A stretch of DNA of 62,654 nucleotides, the filler included, from Choristocarpus tenellus KU-1152 (taxonomy: Eukaryota > Protista > Phaeophyceae), in the NCBI GenBank assembly GCA_964200185.2. It is 12 parts of 12 records of this genome, joined end to end, with 100 filler letters (N's around TTAATTAATTAA, not from the genome) between each part and the next. Parts side by side here need not be neighbours in the genome. Positions count along the whole stretch, not along the records: positions 45,806 to 57,344 come from CAXNAD020002267.1; positions 57,445 to 62,654 come from CAXNAD020011497.1; 10 more parts are not named here. One strand, 5' to 3'. The translations under genes and the position numbers were made by a program. This document shows positions 55,460-62,654 of the stretch, piece after piece. Position 1 is the first letter of the stretch. Each line of letters starts with the position of its first letter. The notes beneath the pieces are model-generated. The model did no database searches and had not been told where the DNA came from. It saw only the letters and a program-made list of their open reading frames with translations.

Positions 55460-56157
55460 TGCTCACCTTCAGCTTCACAGGTATGCCAGGCCGTCTAGTG
55501 GAACCTGTGGTTCGACAACCAAGCCACCCCTGCCTTTGTACCTGCTTCACTAAATCTTCAAAGAAATAAAACAAATGGGACTCGGAACCGCCTCCTTAAC
55601 TCCATCGCCTCCCACGAAGTGACGTCTCTCAAAAGCTTCCTCTCTCTCCAGCATAACCCCCCATCAGCTCGCCATGTAAGCGGGCCGATCTTGGGGGATG
55701 CGAAACCTGCGAAATAATGGACGTTCTTCCTCCTCATCCTCCTCGTCTATCAAAGCGTAGATGAGCAATATCACAGTTGCATTTATCATCTGCCTATATC
55801 TCGCCTGCAGCCTAAAGGTAGATTCATCTAAAGACGATGAACTGGAGAATGGCGATATTTAGTCTCTCTCACTCTCTTCATCCATTTTGTCCATCCATCT
55901 TGTACCAGATGTGCTGTACGTAATACCTCTGTAGCCCCAAGTAGTAAGTTATGAACAACAACAGGGGGCAAATCCAAACACCAATATTTCTGTTAAGATT
56001 TTACGTTGAAAATAGGTAACGAATTCCTCTGATCCACCCTCCATTCAGGTTTGCCTCGTTCAGAAATGCCTAAAATTTTTCGTATAACTTACATTTGTCA
56101 GGATTTTCAGTTTGGAAATGCCTAAAAATGTCAAAAAGTAAAACCAAACGGCAACTC
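55460..56157 (-). mobile_element. PIF/Harbinger-like transposon remnant (transposase N-terminus plus probable terminus)
   Basis: Minus strand reads RPAYMAS*WG...LRDVTSWEAMELRRRFRVPF...RRPGIPVKLKV, like Harbinger transposase N-termini. The end GAGTTGCCGTTTGG at 56157-56144 resembles Tourist/PIF TIRs. Confidence 0.6.
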
Positions 56158-56486
56158 ACACTAACCAACGAATCTGGTACGTTTTACATTATTCGAAATG
56201 AGGGATAGATGGATAGGTGGAATTATATATTATTATTGTCTATGCCAATGAAATCCTCCATTCCCCTCCATCAAAGTTACAACCATATTTTCTGATTAAT
56301 ACTATTGAAAGGAAGTTTGACTCAGAATATGATTCCTTTCAATGGTGTTTAGAAGAAGGGTCCTCGTTGTGATTCCGTTACGTTTTGAACTTTGAATTTC
56401 CATTCTCTCGAGCTGAAGGTTGTCTATCTACTTAAAGGGACTTCATGCCCGTACCCTGGTACATGTTGTCAAGGGCTGAGCCTCGG

Positions 56487-57035
56487 TTACTGATTTCCTT
56501 TTTCCACCGCAAAGTTGTTGAGGTTCAAACTACGAGGGTCAAACGAACCCTTGTAGTGGGTGAACTTTCGCGCCCCAGCTGCAGCACCAGCTACACCATT
56601 GCTGGTGGATGAGTGGGGCAGATGGGAGGATGCTTGCACTTCTGCAAATGTGATATCCAGGAGGAGGCCTTTATCCTGCCAAGGGGCTAATCCAGAGTCC
56701 ACAAGTGTTCCCAGTATGGAAGACAAGATCCATGCGGAAATTCCGGTCCGCTGTCCATGGGCTACCGTCTGCCATAGTGGAAGGGATGGCCATCCTTTGC
56801 AAAGTTGACCTAAACGTTTCATCATTGGTGTGTGTTGGGGAACCTGTTCCACGTTTTGCCTCCTTTACCTTGTCACTGGGCACCTGTTTGATAGGGCACC
56901 CATCCTTCCTCCCTACGGATCCGCCGGTGTTGAGTCTGAACTCAATGGGAGGGATCTGTTATGCTAGTTCCAGGGATTGTGTGGGGGCCCATGCATTTGG
57001 TCCTTGTCCACACTGGCTCCGGTGGCAGACCACGG
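56487..57035 (-). mobile_element. CRE/R2-type non-LTR retrotransposon 3' remnant (restriction-like endonuclease region)
   Basis: Across frameshifts: HRSQCGQGPNAW...IPPIEF...DGSPWTADRNFRMDLV...LLLDITFAEV...AAAGARKFTHYKGSFDPRS...FAVE. This fits the RxD / D.T / K..Y / E pattern of REL endonucleases. Confidence 0.6.
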
Positions 57036-57221
57036 CTTGTTATATATATAACTATCTCACCTGTAGCAGGAAGTTGAAGTTCGACAGGTAGAACATGGCA
57101 TGAACCTATTACAGGCGTTATGAGATCGTTCGAATTGGGCTGAAATTACATCATATTGGTAGGGAAAAGCAACTTATCTTACGGTTTTTACATGTGAAAT
57201 CATATGCACTACATACACTAC

Positions 57222-57344
57222 TGTTACAGGCGAATAGCGCGAGAGTTTCTTCTTGTATTTCAACGAAGTGCAAGCGTTTGTTACACGCGAATAGCGCGAG
57301 CATTTTCTTCTTATGTTTCAGGAAGTACAAACATTTGTAACAGA
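57222..57344. repeat. ~57-bp tandem repeat (2+ units, cut by gap); related copy at ~13304-13345
   Basis: TGTTACA(G/C)(G/A)CGAATAGCGCGAG...TTTCTTCT is shared by all copies. Confidence 0.8.
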
Positions 57345-57634
57345 NNNNNNNNNNNNNNNNNNNNNNNNNNNNNNNNNNNNNNNNNNNNTTAATTAATTAA
57401 NNNNNNNNNNNNNNNNNNNNNNNNNNNNNNNNNNNNNNNNNNNNCACCCCCCCTCTTAGATATTTCACCCAAAATGTCTAGGTCTACATACTGAGTCTGA
57501 CGTTTTCGCCTACTCGAAGGTAAAAAGGATAAATAATTGGTACTCATATAAAAGGTTCGTTACTGCTATATGAACCCAATTGTAAGAGGACGACATCGTA
57601 ACATCACTGTTACGTACGTGCGTGCATAAATCAG

Positions 57635-59339
57635 TACCAACACCCCAAGCCTTTCCCAGGACACATGCTTCATTGGCGAGGTTGGACTGGGAGGTGAGCT
57701 CCGCCCTGTACAGCAACTCGACAGGCGCATTCAGGTAAAAATTGTAGGTGTAGTAGGTGGTAGTGGTAGTGGTAGTGGTAGTGGTAGTTTTATTCTATAT
57801 TTTGAAGCATTGTTTTCCTACCATGTCACCCTATGCCTCGGTTTTTATTTTTATCATAGTAGTATGGCAGACACCTCCATACCCGCTAAAGTTTTGTATG
57901 ATATTGAATGTGCTGATCTCCTTTTCAATTGTTAATTTGTACTCACAATACGCCAGTATGTTACGGCAATTTAAAGGAATTTCGGGGTTTCTTGCATGGC
58001 GAGTGCATCGTCCTCTTGACTCGACGCTAGGGTGGAGTAGTAGTAGTAGTGATATAGTAATAAAACTCAATAAAATAAAAATAATAATAGTACACACCTT
58101 TAATTTTATTTTATTTTATTTTACTTAGAACAAGAATCAAATATGTTCTGATAACATGTTACGTACCCAGATATGTGCGGCGTGTTCGTATATATATAGA
58201 TGTAACCCCTCTTTCATGCTCTGTACCAACCAAGTACGTGTATTTTTTGTTTGTTTGATACTGTACACAGGAGGCAGAGACTTTCGGTTTTACTCACGTG
58301 GTGGTTCCACCAATCTGTACCAAGAACAGGAGAGCAAAGGGGGGTGCTTCAGCAGGAACGGGACACGGTGCTGTGGTTCAAACTACGAGAACAGCAAATA
58401 AGAACAAGAATATGACGGATGGGGGTGTCGATGCCAGGGGCATTGAGATTGTACAATGCAGGCAAGGTCTTTTTATTTTTTCCAAAGGGTATTGTACTGT
58501 ATTGTCATGCGCACGAGATGCAAACAATTTTTTTATTATTATATAGTGTTCCAATGATAGTTCTAGCGGTAGGTAGTATTGGTCGCTGTGTTTAGAGGTA
58601 ACACAACAAGACACTCTTCTTTTGTAGCAAGTTAACTAATATTTGTGTGTATGTTTTGTGAAGGAAAAAGACGGAAGAGTGGGAAATATATGTATATATG
58701 TATAAATATATATACAGAAAAAATCGAGACACATCATGGAGAAGGTTGATTGTTTATAATCAAGGATGAAGTGCTTTGGCTCGGTGTGAGGACACACAAG
58801 CTATTTTCTACTTTTTTTATTGGTTTTATAACAGCAATGTTTTCTTATTCCCAACATGTACCCCGAGCCCTTACCAAAGTACTTCGTAGTATTCTGTATT
58901 ATTAATTTTATTATTATTATCATAGGTAGGCGGTACCCAGCCCCAGCCCTTGCGAAACCCCAACTATTAATCTGACGATTGATTTTGACACCTGTCGCCT
59001 TAACATACCCCGATTATGCACACATACACACACATGCATACACACATATGCGTACACACAAGCAGAACTGTGGGGCAAGCTGTGCTCAAGGGGCTCACAA
59101 GAACTCCTCCCAAGGCCTCCAAGTCCAGGAATAGAAGAGGATCACACTCCCGTAATCAAGGAGGCAGTGATGGTGATGAGGAGGTTGAATACTATGCCAC
59201 TCTTCGGGGTGTGGCTGAGGCATCACAAGCACCAGCAGAAGGAAACGAACTTTGGTCAGAAGCTGGTGGGGATGGGTATGCTGATGGGGAGCCCCCAGTA
59301 GGGTGGGAGGGGGATGGAGGACAGGAGTTTCTTCTTTGA
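57635..59339 (+). CDS. radA: DNA repair protein RadA/Sms (probably organellar), C-terminal exons 57635-57734, 58271-58461, 59066-59339
   Basis: TCFIGEVGLGGELRPVQQLDRRIQ|EAETFGFTHVVVP...IEIVQCR|TVGQAV matches the RadA Lon-like C-terminal signature GEVGL.GE.RPV...R..EA..LGF. The second intron uses a GC donor. Confidence 0.88.
57756..57788. repeat. (GGTAGT)n microsatellite in radA intron
   Basis: Seen directly. Confidence 0.9.
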
Positions 59340-60769
59340 GTGTAGACATTAACTGGACCTTGGTCTTCGTGTTGGTGCCTTCTTGAACCGAGGGGTTGGT
59401 TTTAAACACACCTGCCCGTTGAATGTTTGTTGTGTTCGAGTTTTTTTTTTAGTTCTATTTTTTATCTACGTTTCATTTTTCTTTTTCATGTGCACGTATG
59501 TGTGTGTGTGTGTATGTGTGCTTTCTCTGACCATGGATTCGGGAAGATCAAACTGTGCGATATATATAATATACTACTTCCAAGCCAATGCAATACAAGC
59601 ACAATGTCTATCGTGATGGACTATTGAGTTGTGATGAGATTATCATTGTCCTGCCGTGTGTGTGCGCGCGCGTGCGCGGTACCAAGAGGCTGGCAGATGA
59701 AAAAGGAAGGGTTTACTCTAGGCCAGCACCTCCTGTTGTGGATATGAGGGATATGAGGTTCATTTCCCGCTTGGTTTCTTGTATGTATAAAGTGAAGAGA
59801 TTGCTTGAATATCGTAGTGCATCATGTACGGAATAGGAACATCCAATCTACTCCATGGTAGTGTACGTTATGATTCTCCGAGTATATTGCAGGATGTACT
59901 ATGCACAATGTGCAGAGTAGTTTATCAGCATCAACTCCTCTTTTCCTGGCGATCATATGTTTGGATCTGTTGTTCATAGACATTGAACTCAATTGACCAT
60001 GATATCACCAAACTTCATTATTAACAATTTTTAAAACGATTGCTAAGAGGTCAGTTTGTTGATTTACTGCATCGAAATTATTACTACTCCACAGTACGAA
60101 ATATGGACATGATAGAACTGGAGGAGGATGCCTTGCTGTATGATGCCTGGGTCCGTATGCATGTAGCTCAAATCTCATAAAACTAATAAACTCATTTTTT
60201 GTAAGGCGTTTTGCCCATCATGAAGATTTCCGCACTACAGGCCTGCTATTATTGTACCGTCAGTTGCATATATATGTGCAGTTGGATTGGAGGACTGACA
60301 GGCAAGGTCATTGATACCATGATGCCTGCTGTGTGAAGTCAAAATTCGACAGAATGGTGAATGGTACGCCCACACCAATCCCTTTTTTTCGTTTTTCATT
60401 TTTTACAGCAATGAAATACATGCAGCAATTGCTGTCGGTTGAGTGTGCACGGATCATCACATGATGCTGTCATTGGGTGTTATAGTTGCTTGTATATATT
60501 GATACGTCCGTTCTACTGAAACCTTGGCCTGGGTCTCAACTTCGCCACTTTTTTGTGGAGATGTGAAGTTTTTAAGGAACTTCAATTTTTTTTCGTCGTA
60601 CTTCACTCTCTTTTTTTTTTCCTCCTCTTGTGCCTTGAGTATTTTTAAGGTGTTTTGCGACTTTTTAGCACACACAAAGAACAAGTCGCTACTACTGTTG
60701 TTGTGGAATATATTTCCTTAATGCATAATCCACATCATCTCATCTCCACGGCAAACAAAAGAAAACATG

Positions 60770-62635
60770 CAAATCCGTCGGTGTGTCAACAAATTTGTGC
60801 CGTCCTCGTGTATCAGCACCTTCGGAGTTATGTTCCAACAGTTTTCGCAAGTCCTTCATTGCGGTAATCTTACTGTTTTGTACTTCGAAGTAACTGCTGA
60901 AGGGGAACACCGTGCCAATAGTTTTGCGCAAGAACTCGTGTATCGATATATATGTGCAAATTGGACTAGACACACGATGACCTTTAGGCCAAAAACAGAT
61001 TATATTTGTTATCTGTTTTGTGACCTCCAAGGCTTGACGCCAACGGGTTTGCACAAGTCCTCATATATTGATGTCTTTCTGCAAATTGGACTGGTGACAC
61101 GACCTTTAGGTGGAAGAAATGTCTCCAAGTGTTCTGGATCTACCAAAAGAGAAGCTACGTATCAACATTTTTGCGCATGTATGTCCTCGTGTGTCAATAT
61201 TTTTGTCCAAGTTGAACTGATTACATGACCTGTAGTGTAGGTAAGGCAAATTGTAATCTCACTGTTATGCAACTCTTTTGTAATCGCCAATGAGGAGCTT
61301 CGTATGAATGGTTTCAGGTAAATCTCCATGTATCAGCATCTAATTGGACTGGCGACGCGACCTTTACGTCCTAAGAAATGTGTCCAAATGTTTTGGAACT
61401 ACCAAAGAGAAGCTACGGAAAAGCGTTTTTGTGGATGAACTCGTGTGTCGACTTCAATTGTGCAAATTGGACTGGCGATAGGACTTGTAGACACTGTGAA
61501 CTCTATCATACTGTTAACATACCTGTTTTTGTCGGTAAGGAGGTACGTGCCAATGATTTTGTACAGGTTTCCTTGTATCGACATCTTTTTGCGAACTGGG
61601 CAAGTGACACGACCTCAAGCTCCTACAAAATCTATCGGGTACATATCTGTTTTGTAATTGCAAAAGAGGTCCCAAGCGCCCACGTTTTTGCGCAAGTCCT
61701 CGTTTATTGACATTTTTGTGCAAATCAGACTGGCGAAACGACCTCTACGTCGTACATGTTCTGTCAGACTGTTACCTCCTTCGTAACTGCCAAAGCTTGG
61801 TACCAATGTAATTCCGCAAGTCCTGGTACATTGACACCTTTGTGCAAATCGATTGGTGACACGATCTGTAGGTGCAAAGAAATGTGTCCAACTCTTTTGG
61901 AACTGCAAAGACAAGCGACGTATCAACATTTGTGGATGTCTTCGTGGATCGATATCTTTGTGAAAAGTGGACTGGCGGCCCGACCTTTAGGAGTATATCT
62001 TGTAATAGACTGTTACGTACTTCTTTTATACATGTCAAAAAGGTGGTACATGCCAATGGTTTTGCACACGTCCTTGTATATCGATATCTTTGTCCAAATT
62101 GGACTGGTGATACGACCTCTACCTACTACAAAACGTATGTGATACGAAGTACATTCCTGTTTTGTACTCTGCCAAAGGGGACCCCAAATGCCATGACTTC
62201 TGCGCAAGTCCTTTTGTATCCACATCTTTGAGCAAATTGGACTGGCCACGCGACCTGTAGACCATCCAAATTATAGTAGACTATTATCTGTTATGTAACT
62301 GCCAAGGTTGGTGCCAATGGAATTTGCGCAAGATCTCGTGTATTGAAATCTTTGTGCAAATGGAACTGGTGATACAACGTGTTGGCGCTGCAAAATTTGT
62401 CTGGCTGTTACAAACCTGTTTTGTACCTGCCAAAGGAGATCTACGTGCCATTAGGGTTACGCAAGTGTCCGCGTATCAACATTTTGGCGCATTTTGGACA
62501 AGCGACAAAACCTGAAGGTGCTTTAAGAAATATGCCCAACTGTTTTGGAACTGCCAAACAGATGGTACGAATCTTTTTGTGAATGTCCTTGTGTAACGAT
62601 ATCTTTATACCAAATGGACTGGTGACACGACCTGT
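60770..62635. repeat. Degenerate tandem array, 14 units of ~119-138 bp
   Basis: The core, approximately GTCCTCGTGTATCGATATCTTTGTGCAAATTGGACTGGTGACACGACCT(T/G)TAG, recurs with AAATTGGACTGG-like anchors near 60958, 61083, 61209, 61341, 61465, 61593, 61723, 61846, 61965, 62096, 62234, 62358, 62491, 62611. Confidence 0.92.
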
Positions 62636-62654
62636 GGCTCAAAGTATCTGGGGG
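62636..62654. mobile_element. MITE family A terminus at window end
   Basis: GGCTCAAAGTATCTGGGGG is a consensus TIR. Confidence 0.8.

Larger units (their letters stand above)
2815..57444. other. Eleven artificial contig linkers N44-TTAATTAATTAA-N44 at 2815-2914, 6048-6147, 13025-13124, 16346-16445, 24328-24427, 28653-28752, 32231-32330, 36308-36407, 41001-41100, 45706-45805, 57345-57444
   Basis: The same 100-bp spacer recurs each time. TTAATTAATTAA puts stop codons in all six frames. There are also N10 gaps at 16927-16936 and 18039-18048. Confidence 0.98.

Noticed and set aside
60740-62582. Repeat-protein ORFs (e.g. FAQVLVYRYLCANWTGDTT)
   Set aside because: The peptides recur in several frames on both strands, with stops and frameshifts. 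The nucleotide repeat explains them.
60770-62635. CRISPR array
   Set aside because: The repeats are long and clearly divergent from each other. The 'spacers' are mutually related and fall into two subtypes. There are no cas genes and the context is eukaryotic.

Overview
This is eukaryotic, intron-rich genomic DNA. It is most likely a stramenopile such as a brown alga or relative, inferred from gene structure, TTAGGG motifs and the transposon families present. The window is not one continuous locus: 12 contigs are joined by 11 identical artificial 100-bp spacers (N44-TTAATTAATTAA-N44), so neighbourhood across spacers means nothing. By phase-matching splice sites I reconstructed two complete genes: a 5-exon unknown single-pass membrane protein with a bulb-lectin-like C-terminus (7666-10379, +) and an 8-exon secreted alpha-carbonic anhydrase (49604-52539, -). 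I also found five partial genes: class II eIF4E, a short-chain dehydrogenase, a RanBD/Nup50-like C-terminus, an F-box-like + TBC RabGAP, and a RadA/Sms C-terminus. Mobile DNA includes a ~175-185 bp MITE family (about 11 full or partial copies, at many contig breaks), a decayed plant-type mariner transposase, and copia, Harbinger and CRE-like LINE remnants. The least explained structures are a 14-unit ~127-bp degenerate array with conserved core and variable linker (60770-62635), a nested inverted/direct repeat cassette (48168-48606), and many intronic telomere-like repeats. I found no CRISPR-Cas, rRNA or tRNA genes and no convincing new multi-gene system. The findings are candidates, not proof of novelty.
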